Shown here: piece by piece, positions 38,402-51,324 of the stretch
Layout: each line of letters starts with the position of its first letter
Position numbering within the stretch: the first letter of the stretch is position 1
Assembly (NCBI GenBank): GCA_002104945.1
Contig: MCFH01000016.1
Span: forward strand, 620,001 to 684,000
DNA length: 64,000 bases
Direction of reading: 5' to 3'
Source: Piromyces finnis finn
Taxonomy: Eukaryota > Fungi > Neocallimastigomycota
Notes under the pieces: model-generated
The model's database searches: none
Told to the model about the DNA's origin: nothing
What the model saw: the letters and a program-made list of their open reading frames with translations, nothing else
Made by a program: the position numbers and the translations under genes

Positions 38402-40380
38402 CTGTGAATTAATGATGATAACACATCAATAACAATAGTTATAATATTAATAACAGAAATAATTGAGATGACAAAAAAAAATACAAAATTATATGTTTTA
38501 TATAATAAAAAAACAATGTTATTATTATTGTTGTTATTATTGATAAATTAAAGTATAGTTTTGATCATTTATAAACGAAATCGAATTTCAAGTTATTAAA
38601 TATTATAATTTATCCATTGATGTTATTTTAAATTTTATGTATTTATTTCAAAGTGGATGATACAAATAATAATAATATTAATTTTTTTTATAATACATAG
38701 AAAATAAAAGTAAATATTATATTTATATGATTGTGTTATATTGTGTTATTAAATAAAGTATATTTTAATTGATCATTTTTTAGTATATATAAAGAGAATA
38801 GAGAGTCGAAAATTATATTAGAAAATTATTAACATTCATATATATACGATACGATAGTTGAATCATACATTAATACAGTGTTACAAATATATGGATAAAA
38901 TGCATTAATAAAAAAATCATTAAAAGATATTATATTATGTTCCATAATAATTATTAGTGATAATGATAGTAGACAATTTATTAATATAAATAATGTATAT
39001 TAAATATAAGAAAAACAATTAACATTAGTATTTTTTTTTTTTTAATAATTTTTAAGATAAAATGTAATATTCTTTTTTATTTTAATTTTTTGAGAATAAA
39101 ATATAAATATTTGTTATTTAGTATAGTAAAATTCAAGTATTTATATATATATATATATATAAAATAGATAAAGCTTGATATCTTACATCCATTTTCTTTT
39201 ATTTATATATAATTGAATAGTTTTTTCTTTATTTTTTTTCTAATGCTATTTTTTGAATTATTAGTAAATGGTATCTAAATTATATATCTTAATTATTGTA
39301 TTACTGTGTTAATAATTAATAATATAAAATAAAATAAATTATAACATAATAATATGCTTTTTTAATTGACTATTGTTTTTTTTTTTTTATTAAAGTACTT
39401 TTCCAATAACAATTATTATTGCTGTTTTTATTTTTTTTTTGTACTTTTTAATTTTAATTAAAAAAAAAAAACAACTTTTTTTATTATATATATAGATTTT
39501 TCAATTTAAACTCAATTATTTAAATTCAAACACGTTAATATTTGTAAATTCTATAGAAAATTTCTGTTTTTTTATTTTTTTTTTTTATTATAAAATGTAT
39601 AATTTAAAGTTTGGTTATAAAATTTAAAAAATATATTAATTTTTTTTTTTTAAAATTTAATAAATAAATTAATGGTGGTTACTTTAATGAAAAAAATTTA
39701 AGGTTTTTACTTTTTTATTACTTATTATTATTAGTAGTAGTATTATTAATGTATTAGACCATAATGGTTAAGAAATAATAATGAATTTAAATAATATTAT
39801 AAAACTAATTAAAATAGTTCAATTCATAAATACAGAGCTATTTTTTATTTATAAGAATTAATAAATAAATAATAAAAACAATATCAATTTTTTAATCCTA
39901 TTAAAAAAACGTATATTAATTTATGTTTAATTTTATATTATTAATAATAATATAATAATTTAAAGGAAAAAAGGTAATACTTTTATTGTTATTATATATT
40001 GTGAATATTCACATATTTATTTATTGAATTTTTATTTTTATATTACATTATTATTTTTCCTTTTTATACAGTTTTTTTTTTTTTTTTTTATATTTAATTA
40101 ACCATTATTTAAAATTTATTATTATTAATTATTATTTGTTTTATACATTCTAAAGAAGATATAGAATTAATAGATCTTTTGTTAAACTTAATATTATTTA
40201 ATATGAAATTTACTTACTTATTTAATAATAGATTTTATTTAATAAAATAAGATTTTTCTTTTTTTTTTTTTTTTTTTTTTTATATTTTATATTTTATTAT
40301 ATCAGATATTATTTATTATTTATTGATAATTTTGAATGATCTGGGTTAAAAAAGGTTTTTCATTGTTAATTCTGTGCTAT

Positions 40381-42810
40381 TTAAGTTTTGATTTCTTTGG
40401 CTAATTCATAAATTCGAGTAGCACTGGTTTCTAATTCTTCCATAGTGAGTGTACCATTTTCAAGAGCTTTCAATATATCTTTGTAGTCATCATAACATCC
40501 TGGCATAAAAATATCACCTGTAGCTTTAATGACTTTGGATGCAGAAGGTCCTTGATATTTATTATTTTTTTCTGCAGTCATTCCCATAGCTACAATCCAA
40601 TCCGTCATGACAATACCATCATATCCAAATTCATTTCTTAAAATGTCTGAAACTAATTCGTGACTTTCGTTAGTATGAATTCCGTTAATTAAATTGTATG
40701 AAGTCATTAAAGCTTTTGGCTTAGTTTCTCGAATAGCAATTTCAAAACTTTTAAGGTATATTTCTCGTAAAGCTCTTTCAGAAACATTGCTACTATTAAA
40801 GTAACGATTATGTTCTTGATTATTGGCTGAGAAGTGTTTTAATGTAGTATAGGTATGTTTATGCTTTTGAACTCCTTTGGTAATAGCTGCTGCCATAATA
40901 CCACTTATTAATGGATCTTCTGAAAAGTATTCAAAGTTTCTACCACATAAAATATTACGATGAATATTTAAAGCTGGAGCAAGCCATAAATGAACACCAA
41001 AACGTTCCATTTCATCCCCTACAATATCACCACAGCATTCAGCAAGGTCACGATTCCAACTTTGAGCAAGAGCTGTACCTATTGGAATGGCCGTGGTGTA
41101 TTGATGTGAAATAGGTGCATTTTTATCAGGTTTAGGGGAAATCATTTTAAGTGCAAATCGGATTATACCTGGGAAATTTTCCACTAATGAGACAGGAAGA
41201 CCTCCTTCTGTGGAATGTGCACCTCCATCTTTATTGACGTAGTAATCCTTTGCAAGTCTTAATCCTGCAGGTCCATCCGCCATAACTATTGGTTTTAGAT
41301 CGGCAACTTTGGCTGTTTCTCCAGCAGCACCAGCAACAGCCATTGGTGTACCACCGAGGAAACCAGTCATACCACCTTTAGGATTAAAAGCTCCTACTAC
41401 CAATTTAACTTTGTCTTCCGTTGTTAAGGATTTAACTTCTTCACTAATATTAAAGGATTTATTATATGAAATATCTTCTTTTTTAATACAATTTTTGTCT
41501 AAAGTAAATTTTGACACATTACTTAAATCTTCATCCTTTTTCTTGCTTTCAAAGGTTGAATCTATGAAACCACTATTTCCTAATTTATTTTGAACTTTAC
41601 GAACAATAATTTTTTCTTGTACTTGTATTTCTGCACAAGGTTTTGTATTTCTACTAGAATTACCTAATCGAACAATATAAGCTCCTTCATCTAAAATGTA
41701 TGCTTCCTCATTTTGATCATAACTAGCAAAATCAGATAACTTAAAACGAAGGGAAAGATTATCTTCTTCCCCTGCATCTAATTGTTTGGTTTTTGCAAAG
41801 GCTACTAAAATTTGGTATGGTTCATCTAAGGTGGTATGTGGTTTGGATAAATATACTTCTAAAACTTCTTTACCTTGATAATTGCCAATATTTTTAACTT
41901 TAGTATTAATTGTAATAATGTCTCCATTTAACTCCACGGATGTCAAATCGTAATTGAAATCTGTATATCCTAAACCGAAACCAAATGGAAACATAACATC
42001 TATGTCGGCAGAATCAAAATAACGATAGCCGACATAAATACCTTCATTGTAATTAGTATCATTACTATTTCCGAAATCGCCAGGTGTTTGGTAATCTTCT
42101 TGTTTAGTCCAAGTAGTTGCTAACTTACCAGATGGATACTTTTTACCATAAATAACATCTACTAAAGCTTTGGATGTATTGACTCCTAGTTGTGATAATA
42201 ATAATATGTTTTTTACTTCTTCTAGTCCTGATAAATCTACTGGTCCTCCTGTATTTAATACCAACATAAATTTTTTATAACCATTTGCTAAAGTAGTGAT
42301 AGTATTTTTTTCAGTTTCAGTTAATAATACATCACCTTTCACAAATTGTCTATCACTTCCTTCGCCAGATATCCTAGATAAAACATAAATTGCAATATCT
42401 CCTTCTTTATTATATGGAATATTATATTCTGGTTCTGGCATGACAGCTCCCATACTTTTTATAATACCTTGTATAGGATGAAAAAATGATTCATGTTGTA
42501 ATTTTTTTTTAAAATCTTTTTTTGCTTTTTCATAAACTTTGTTATAAGAATCTAAATATTCTTTTGACAAAATTTCAACACCTTTAATAAATGCTTCTTC
42601 TATTATAATAAAAGAATGAGAATTAACTTCCCCTGATCCTGTTCCACCTTTAATAGTGTTTCTTATCCCATTTCCAAATAAATAAACTTGCTTTTCATTT
42701 GAATTTAGTGGAAAATCACCATTTTTTCTCAATAATACCATACATTCTGATAAATATTGATCTAAATTCTGAATATGTTCTTGTTCATATTCATTAAAAT
42801 CTGTGTCCAT
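40381..42810 (-). CDS. Glycoside hydrolase family 3 beta-glucosidase with reversed (permuted) domain order; intronless, no signal peptide
   Basis: 809-aa ORF. N-terminus is the alpha/beta sandwich (VLLRKNGDFPL, GTGSGEVN, SRISGEGSDR, GKLATTW, YNEGIYVGYRYFD, FPFGFGLGYTDF), then an FnIII-like domain, then the barrel at the C-terminus (MADGPAGLR, LAPALNIHRNILCGRNFEYFSEDP, KHFSAN, MTSYN, nucleophile VMTDW). Confidence 0.95.
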   Translation of the reverse strand: MDTDFNEYEQEHIQNLDQYLSECMVLLRKNGDFPLNSNEKQVYLFGNGIRNTIKGGTGSGEVNSHSFIIIEEAFIKGVEILSKEYLDSYNKVYEKAKKDFKKKLQHESFFHPIQGIIKSMGAVMPEPEYNIPYNKEGDIAIYVLSRISGEGSDRQFVKGDVLLTETEKNTITTLANGYKKFMLVLNTGGPVDLSGLEEVKNILLLSQLGVNTSKALVDVIYGKKYPSGKLATTWTKQEDYQTPGDFGNSNDTNYNEGIYVGYRYFDSADIDVMFPFGFGLGYTDFNYDLTSVELNGDIITINTKVKNIGNYQGKEVLEVYLSKPHTTLDEPYQILVAFAKTKQLDAGEEDNLSLRFKLSDFASYDQNEEAYILDEGAYIVRLGNSSRNTKPCAEIQVQEKIIVRKVQNKLGNSGFIDSTFESKKKDEDLSNVSKFTLDKNCIKKEDISYNKSFNISEEVKSLTTEDKVKLVVGAFNPKGGMTGFLGGTPMAVAGAAGETAKVADLKPIVMADGPAGLRLAKDYYVNKDGGAHSTEGGLPVSLVENFPGIIRFALKMISPKPDKNAPISHQYTTAIPIGTALAQSWNRDLAECCGDIVGDEMERFGVHLWLAPALNIHRNILCGRNFEYFSEDPLISGIMAAAITKGVQKHKHTYTTLKHFSANNQEHNRYFNSSNVSERALREIYLKSFEIAIRETKPKALMTSYNLINGIHTNESHELVSDILRNEFGYDGIVMTDWIVAMGMTAEKNNKYQGPSASKVIKATGDIFMPGCYDDYKDILKALENGTLTMEELETSATRIYELAKEIKT

Positions 42811-43613
42811 CTTAAATAATAACCTTTAACACACACCAAATAAACAAATATATACAATTTTATTTTATTATATTTTATTTATTTATATATTTATTTTTTT
42901 TGGAATTTAAAATTAGGAATTATTTTATTAAAAAAAAATAACTATTATTAATTTATTAATTTATTTATTTGTATATATATTCATTCATTTAGATTTTAAT
43001 ATGAAAACTATTGAAATATAATAATATTTCTGTATAACTGATTATTAAATATTATTAGTAATATTATTAGTAATATTCTATTACTGTTATAATATTCTAA
43101 TATTCTATTTTTTCTGAACAAATTTCATTAATAGTGCTAACTATTTTTGATTATAGCCACTTTTTACACTTTTTTTTTAAAATAAAAATAAAAATAAAAA
43201 TATTAATTTCCTTATTATTCCTTTTTTACAATTTTTTTTTTTTATTTTAGATTTCTCATCATCAATTTAACTTTTCAAAATCTTTTTCGGTTTTATTATT
43301 TTTCCTTAATTGATGAAATTAATTTAAAATTTTTATTTTCTTGATTTAATGGAATTTAATATATAATTATATATTGATAATATATATAATAATATATTAT
43401 AATAAACTGTATTTTAAATTATCTTTATAAAAAATTTTTCTATATAAATAAATTCAATTTTGTCTATTTCTTTTTTTTTTTTTTCTATTAAAAATACATA
43501 ATAAATATATTTAAAAAAGTTTTTAAAAGAGAAGAATTTGCAATAAAATTCCCTTTATACCAATATTTAATAATTATATATAATTATATAATAATAAAAT
43601 AATAATACCCAAG

Positions 43614-44659
43614 ATGCAAGTTTTCCATGACGTTGAAGAATACAGAAAGACTTGGTTAAATTGGAGAAAAGCCGGTGAAGTTATCGGTTTTATTCCAACT
43701 ATGGTATGTTTTTATTCTTTAAAAAGTTGCATATAAAATAAAAATATATATAATAATAATAAAAAAATATAAAACTATGAGTAAATAGTTGGTAATTTTG
43801 ATAAACTTAAATAAAATGATTCTAATTAAATATTAATATTTAATAAAATATTTATTTTTTTTATTAATAGGGTTGTCTTCATGATGGTCATATTTCTTTA
43901 GTCAAGGCTGCTCAAAAACAATGTTCAAAGATTGTTGTTAGTATCTTTGTTAATCCTTCCCAATTTTCTCCAGATGAAGATTATGATGCTTACCCAAGAA
44001 CTGTTGACAATGATGTTGAACTTTTAAAAAAGAACAATGTTGATGCTGTTTTCGTTCCATCTGTTAATACTATGTACCCATCTGGTATTACTATGGATGT
44101 TGATAAGCAAGAAGGTGCTTTTGTTGAAGCTTTAGGTGTTTCCCATCAAATGGAAGGTAAATTCCGTCCACACTTCTTCCGTGGTGTATGTACTGTAGTA
44201 TGTAAACTTTTCAATATTGTTAGACCAGATAAGACTTTCTTCGGTCAAAAGGATATTCAACAAACTGTTGTTCTTCGTCGTATGGTTCGTGATTTATTCT
44301 TACCACTTGAATTCATTGTTGTTCCAATTTACCGTCAAGAGGATGGTTTAGCTATGAGTAGTCGTAACCGTTACCTTTCTGAAGAACAAAGAAAAATTTC
44401 ATGTGTCTTTAGTCAAGCTTTATTAAAAGCTAAGGCTTTATTCGAACAAGGAACTCGTGATCGTGCAACACTTATTAAGGTTGCTACTGAAACAATTGAA
44501 GCTGAAAAGAGTGTTCGTTTAGAATATCTTAGTTTAGCTCACCCAACTACTTTAGAAGAACTTGATACCATTGGTGAAGATGGTGCTATTCTTTCTGGTG
44601 CTATGTATGTTGGTACTACTCGTTTAATTGATAATGTTACTTTAGGTTTCTCTTTCTAA
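43614..44659 (+). CDS. PAN6: Pantoate-beta-alanine ligase (pantothenate synthetase); 2 exons (43614-43703, 43871-44659)
   Basis: IGFIPTM|GCLHDGHISL (HxGH), VVSIFVNPSQF, YPRT, EGKFRPHFFRGVCTVVCKLFN, FFGQKDIQQ, DGLAMSSRN, RLIDN. Confidence 0.96.
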
Positions 44660-45241
44660 AATAATAATTAATTAAAGAAACGCGGAAACACAATACAAAT
44701 ATTACAGTTCGAACTAAATGTCAACTAAAGACAATGATAATAAAATCATCAATATCAATAAAAAATTATAATTACCATAAAAAAAAAATAGAAGTCTTTT
44801 TTTTACATACTTAAAAAAAAATCGAAACAACATATATTTAATTATAAATCATCATTAATTGCAATTATAATTAATATCATTAATACATAGATAAAACTTA
44901 GAAAAAATAATATCACAATAAAAATAAAAAAGAAAACCAATTTGTAAATATATATATAAAATGTACAGATTTTAAAAAAAAAAGTGTTTATTTTTAATAT
45001 TTACAGAAAAAATGTTTATAAAAAATTAATATTAATTATTTAGTAAATTGATAATATAAATTAAATTATGGACAATCCATTAATGATGTAATTGTATTTT
45101 TGTTTTATTTAATTTTTATTTATTATCGGTATCATCATAAATTGATATTTGCTTTTTTTTTTTTTATATTATTTGTAATGTTGCTTTATAATAGAATAAT
45201 GGTATATAAAATATTATAGATTGATCTATTAATTTCTGTTA

Positions 45242-46963
45242 TTATTTCAAAAAAGATTTCAGGAAATCTTCTGTTTCTTTTTCTACAGTTTCTTTTTTCT
45301 CATTATATAATTTTTTTTGTCGTTTTACATTTTCCATACGTTCTTTTAATTTTCTTTTTCGTTCTTCAATACGATGATTTCTAGCTTGCTTCATATTTTC
45401 TACCTTTTGACGTTGAATTGTAGTAGAATGTCTTAATTCTTCTAAAGCTTCTTGTTGTTTTAAACGCTCCTCTTTATTATGCGAAAATTGATAATAACCT
45501 ATACCCATTATTCTATTTTCCATTTTTGCATCAAAGTATGTTTCTTTTTTTTTTTTTTTTTATAATAATAATATTTTGAATATATTTTTAATTGTTGAAC
45601 TAAATCCATTGATAGATTTTGGAATAGAATGATATATCGAGAATTTTTATAAAGTAATATTATTATATTTTATTGTATTATTTATACCTTCATTTCTTTC
45701 TCTTTCCTCTTGTTCTAATTCTTCTTTCAAATGTTTTTCTTGTTCTTCCCTTAATTCTTCTTTTGTCATTTCCGATAGCTTTTTATCATCTTCTTCTGTT
45801 TCTTTAATATTACTATATATATTATTTCAATGTTTGATATATAAAAATTTTATTAAATATTCAACCCATATATAATCTATGATTTTTTAAACATTAATAT
45901 ATAATATTATTTTACTATTAAATAAACCTTTTTATATTATATTTTTCCATATCACTTTTTCTTATTAGTCTTGATCTTCCAAATTCATCAACATATTCTA
46001 CCCATGAATCTTCCACTTCCTAGATTTTATATATTTTAATATAAATAAAAATTTTATATTTTTATTAAGTTATATTCTTATTCCATTTACTTGTTCTTTT
46101 TCGTCTAATTTCTGTTTTAAGTTTTCCATATTTTCTATTTTTTTATTCAAGAAATCAACTAAAGGAGCTTTTTCTGAATTCTCATCTTCATCTTCTTATG
46201 AAATAAAATAATTTCAAAAATGTTAAAATAATATTTTTATATATAGTAAATATTTATTGTTATATTATATATTATTATTATCTTTTTTTTTTCTTCCTAT
46301 TATTTTTACTTTGTTTTTTAGTTTATATAAATTTATGAATATATCTATACAAACCTAAATCGTCAACATCTTTTTTAAGTTGCTCTTCGTATATTTTTGC
46401 TTTTCTTTGAAGTGAAATCCAGCTCGCTTCTAATTCAGAACCTGCTGTTTTGATTTCTTCTTTATCTTTTAATTTTCTTAATTCAATCCCTTTATTTTTT
46501 TTTGAAAAAACAGTAGGTTTCTAAAAGAATTTAATATATTATATTGTTATTATTTTTATTATTATACAATATATTTAATAGATATTGATTAATTAATAGA
46601 AATTTCATTGAAAATGAATTATAATAAATTTAAAGGATTTTTCTATTTCCTTTTTTTTTTTTATAGATATTTAATTAATTTTACTTTTATTGGCTTTCTA
46701 ACGATAGATTGACTACTCTTTCCATATTTTCTTCTTTCTTGTTGAAAAATTTCATTCTGCTTTAATAATTCTGCTTTTAAATTAAGAGCCTATATATTAA
46801 TATATTTATGGTATAGTTTAATACATCTAACATATAAATAATTTCTTCTTATTATTTATTTACTTTTTTTTTATTATTCTTTTAATTTATAAAATAAAAA
46901 AGTTAATTCTCTTACAGATGCAGCATTGACATCTTTAATTTCATTATTTTTCCAAGGTTCCAT
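45242..46963 (-). CDS. CCDC174: CCDC174-like (DUF4078) coiled-coil protein, multi-exon
   Basis: Spliced: MEPWKNNEIKDVNAASALNLKAELLKQ, KPTVFSKKNKGIE, SLQRKAKIYE, LVDF, WVEYVDEFGRSRLIRKSD, FDAKMENRIMGIGYYQFSHNKEERLKQQEALEELRHST (ORF 45242..45523). Confidence 0.85.
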
Positions 46964-47534
46964 ATTGTTATATTAAATTATGGTATTAAAATTTTTTAAA
47001 AAAAATGGTTTAAATATACACGTGATCATGATATTTAATGAATAAAAGTTGAAATTTTTATTTTATCTTTATTTTAAATTATCATAAAAAAAAAAAAAAA
47101 GATAAAAATGAAATAGAAATGAAATAAATATATACAAGATACAAATTAAACATATAAAGAATATTACTTTATTTGTATTATAATTTTTGCTTAATTATTA
47201 TTTATCATTATTATTTATTTATCTATTTATTATTATTATTATTATTTTGTTTATTTCTTTTATTTTCAGTGTTACATTTTCATAAGTTTTCATGATAAAT
47301 GTAATATATTCATTATTCATAATAATTATTTTTATTATTAATCAATTAATTTAAAAAAGTGATAAAAAATGAAATGCTTATGCTTATAAATAATAATTAA
47401 TATAATTGATATTGAAGTAAATGGTTATAGAATTATGATAATATTAATTGAAGAGTTATTTTGATTTTTCGCTTTTTCTATTTTTTTATTTTTTTTTTTA
47501 ACAACTATTCTTAAGAGATATTAATGAATAATTG

Positions 47535-48714
47535 TTATGAGAACCATAATCTTTGAATACCTATAATAATATTTAGAGCTACACCACAATATAAACCTAA
47601 TTATAACATGTAAATATTAATATTTAATTAATACTAATAATGTTTTAAGTATTTGATCAATTTATATTTTGAAAAAATACCAAATATTTTCTTTTTCGAT
47701 ATTGATTCTCTGAATATAATTGCTACTAATCCACCAAAAAGTCCAATTAATAGACCTATTAGAAAATCATTTTGTGTAATTTCTATTTTAATATTTAATT
47801 AAATAATATATGAAAAGATTGTTATTATTAATGATTCTTGGATATATATTTATATTAATTATCCTTAATTATAGAGTTTTGTAATTAAAATATACCAAAT
47901 TGATTTTCATCTCCTCTTTGTGCATTAAGCCACTCTTCTTCTAATTGTCTTCCTTGTTCGGTGTTCACTATTATAATTATATAAAATCTTATTATTCAAT
48001 CAATCAAAATCTATTAAAAAATAGTTTAATACATACTATCATAGGTATGTCTTAAAAGGTGAAATTGTCTACGTAAATTGTCTACTTCTTCTTGTGGTAA
48101 ACCAAGACCAATTAACCGGTCAAAACCAATGGTTTGTTGTAATTGAGGCTCGGAATTATTTTCCTATTAATTTATATATTAATGTTTGAAAATTTTATTT
48201 ATATTTAAGCGATACTATTTAATAAACTTTTTTAAAATATCATCATTTTTTTCTTCCTTTTTTTTTTTTTTTCGTTTATTTACCATATGATCCTCTATAT
48301 TTGAAGCAGCACAATGAATAACATATTGCTTTAATATATCTTCACCATTTAATGGTTTTAATTCTTCATTTTTATTTTCATTTTCATTTTCAATATCTTC
48401 TTCTGTGTTATCAGATGTAATTCCATAATCTTTTAAACATTTTTCATCCTTTAATACTTTTCCTTTATAAATAAGTCTTAAATACTTATCTTTTATTTCA
48501 GTTTCTTGCTCTTTTATCTTTAAAAATTTTTAATAATATTAATAATTAATATGTTATATTTCCTCTAATATATATATTTGAATTTAATTGATAATTTTAC
48601 CTTTTCTTTAACATCCAATACTGAAGTAGTACAAGGAATTATAAATTTAATATTTTTTTCATTAAATCTAATGATTACAATAATATTGTCTAAACCATCG
48701 ATAGTGAAGCTCAT
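47535..48714 (-). CDS. DSC3: DSC E3 ubiquitin ligase complex subunit 3 (UBL + C-terminal TM helices), multi-exon
   Basis: MSFTIDGLDNIIVIIRF..VLDVKEK|IKE..YLRLIYKGKVL..YVIHCAAS, IGFDRLIGLGLPQEEVDNLRRQFH, RQLEEWL, NDFLIGLLIGLFGG, GLYCGVALNIIIGIQRLWFS*. Confidence 0.85.
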
Positions 48715-49930
48715 TGTTATTTTTTTTATTCATATAGATAATATTTTTAAAATTTTACTTTTTTTTTTTCTATAATTTTAATTTTTTGTTGAAATATTTA
48801 AAATCTATTATAATAATATACAACTCTTTTAATAATTATGTTTTAGCAAAAATTATTTATTTCAACATCAAAATTAAATTGGTTAATTTAATATGAAGTT
48901 TTATTCAACAAAACACAAGTAATGAAATGTTACAGTATATAAAAATTTTATAATGTTGTGAGATTTAAATATTTTTTTGTATTATAATATTATAATTGTG
49001 AAAATACGATAGCTTTGTATATGTTATATTTATATATACATAAATTATGTTTAATTTCTGGATTTCAAAAATTTAAATAATTTCAAATTTCAAATTTGTG
49101 TGGATGTTTAAATTTTAAAAATATTATTCCTTTTCGGTATTAAATAGTTCTTCAAAATAATCAACAGTTTATAGAACCTATATATATATATTTCTCATTA
49201 TATTTAAATATCTAAAACTTTGATATCGAGTGTTTTTACAAACTTCTAATGACAAAAAAAAAATTAATGGTATTACTTTAAAAATTAGTAGTTTAATTTT
49301 AAAATTTCTTTGTTTTATTGTTTTTTTTTTTTTTTTTAAATATATATCTTGATAATAATACTAAAATCAATTTAATATATATAAAGGATATTTAATTTCT
49401 AAAGAAAAATTTTATGTAATTATTATAATAATAAATTTTGGTAATTGAAGATTTTTATTTTATTCTTAAATACTATCGTTTTTTAATGATGACTACTGGG
49501 GGTATTTAATATTAATATTTTCATTGCTTAAATTAATTACAAGTATATAAATATTTTTTTTTAATTGAAAATTATTTCTTAATAAATATAGTTGTAATTT
49601 ATTTATATAGATTAAATAACCCTTAAGTTTCCCTTTACTTTTTTTTTTGAGGATTTATTTTTTTTTTCATTTTATAATATTTTAAGAAAAAATTTCTAAT
49701 AAATTTATTTATTGTTATATATATATAATATATAATAATAAAAGACACAAATTAAATTTTTAAATTTTTTTTTAAAATGATTTTTTTCCAGTTTTTTTTT
49801 CTTTTTTTAAAACAAATTTATAGTGATAAAGTAAATTTATTATAATACATTAATTAAATTTTTTTTAAAAAAAAACAACATCTCTTTAAAATATAAATAA
49901 AAAATCTAATATAAACAAATAAATAAAAAC

Positions 49931-50180
49931 ATGTTAATAAAAGTTCAAGAAAGTTCTTTAAATTTTATAAATAAAACGTTTTTATTAAAATCAATTTCTA
50001 ATTCATCTCTAACACCTTACAAAAGACATTACACTTCCAATATAATAAATAGATCTTTAAAAGCAAAATTAGATAATGAATTAATTCCGAACATAATAAC
50101 AAATTCATTAAATAATAATAATAATAATTCATATAAGTTATTTAATACCCAATGGAAAAGATACATAAATACAATAAAAG
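49931..50180 (+). other. Orphan coding-like exon/ORF with mitochondrial/hydrogenosomal presequence character; continuation uncertain
   Basis: ORF 49931..50203 is Ser/Asn/Lys/Arg-rich with only three acidic residues before the donor, contains RHY|TS and KRY|IN motifs, looks more GC-rich than its flanks, and has a candidate AG|GTACTT donor at 50181. Confidence 0.4.
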
Positions 50181-51324
50181 GTACTTTAATTATATTAGAA
50201 TAAAATTATTAAAAGATAATTTTAAATATTAAATTAAATGTATTATCTAATAAACCTATTGAAAATTATATAAAAACTTTATGAAAACATTGAGTATGAT
50301 GTATATGTTAAGTATTTAAAAGTTATCAACTATATAATTTAAAGCAAACTGAGTGACTTATAAAATGATATCTTAAACTATAATAATAAGTAATTACTAA
50401 TTTTCATATAAAGGGAAAAAATGTATATTAAATAATTCATTTTATATTAATTAAAATTATTAAATATGAAAATAAAAAAAAATTAAAAAATTTAATTATA
50501 CATATATGAATATATGAATATGAATAATATTAGAGATAATCTTTTATTAAGATATGATAAAATAGAATGGGAAAAAAAAAGGAACAAGGACCATTAATGA
50601 CAATATAATAAAAATTAAAAGCTGTAAAAAATAATAAATAATATACACATGTATATTTTATTTTATTAAGAATAATTTTATATAATTAAATATTTTTGGA
50701 ATTGATATAGTTGTTTTTATACAATTAATAGTAATGTAAACAGTTTAATAATTAATATTATGCACATAAACATATAAAATAATATAAAATATATAGGTTG
50801 CCAATATAATTTACCACTATAGAAAATCTGAAATGCTGGATTTTTTGATTTTTGAATAAAAAAACAATCCATCAATTATTATTATTTTATAAAATAAATT
50901 ATATAATATAATATTATTTATTAAAATAAACTTTAATAAATAGATTTAATATTTAATATATATGAATATATATAACATGTTTTGATCAAAATATTGAAAA
51001 AGCTTGTTTTCTTTTTTTTTTTTATATATATAAAAACATATCTATTTATATTTAAAATAATATTTATCTATATATTATTCAATATATAGTAATCGACTGT
51101 TGAAATATTATTTATACAAAATAAATAATTTACATTTAATAAATATTATAAAACAGATTTAATAAATATAACAAAATAGAATTAACATAAATATAAACGA
51201 AAAAGACTTTTTTCTATTTCTTTTTTTTTTTTTTATTTTTTTAAAAGATAAAATAAAAAAAAATTTTTTTATTTAAAAAAACTTATATATATTTAATAAT
51301 AAATATCAAATTATAAAAGGAAAA

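Noticed and set aside
44700-44720. GTTCGAA (and GTTCGA near 12145) resembling a tRNA T-loop
   Set aside because: No cloverleaf stems, D-loop or acceptor stem around them.
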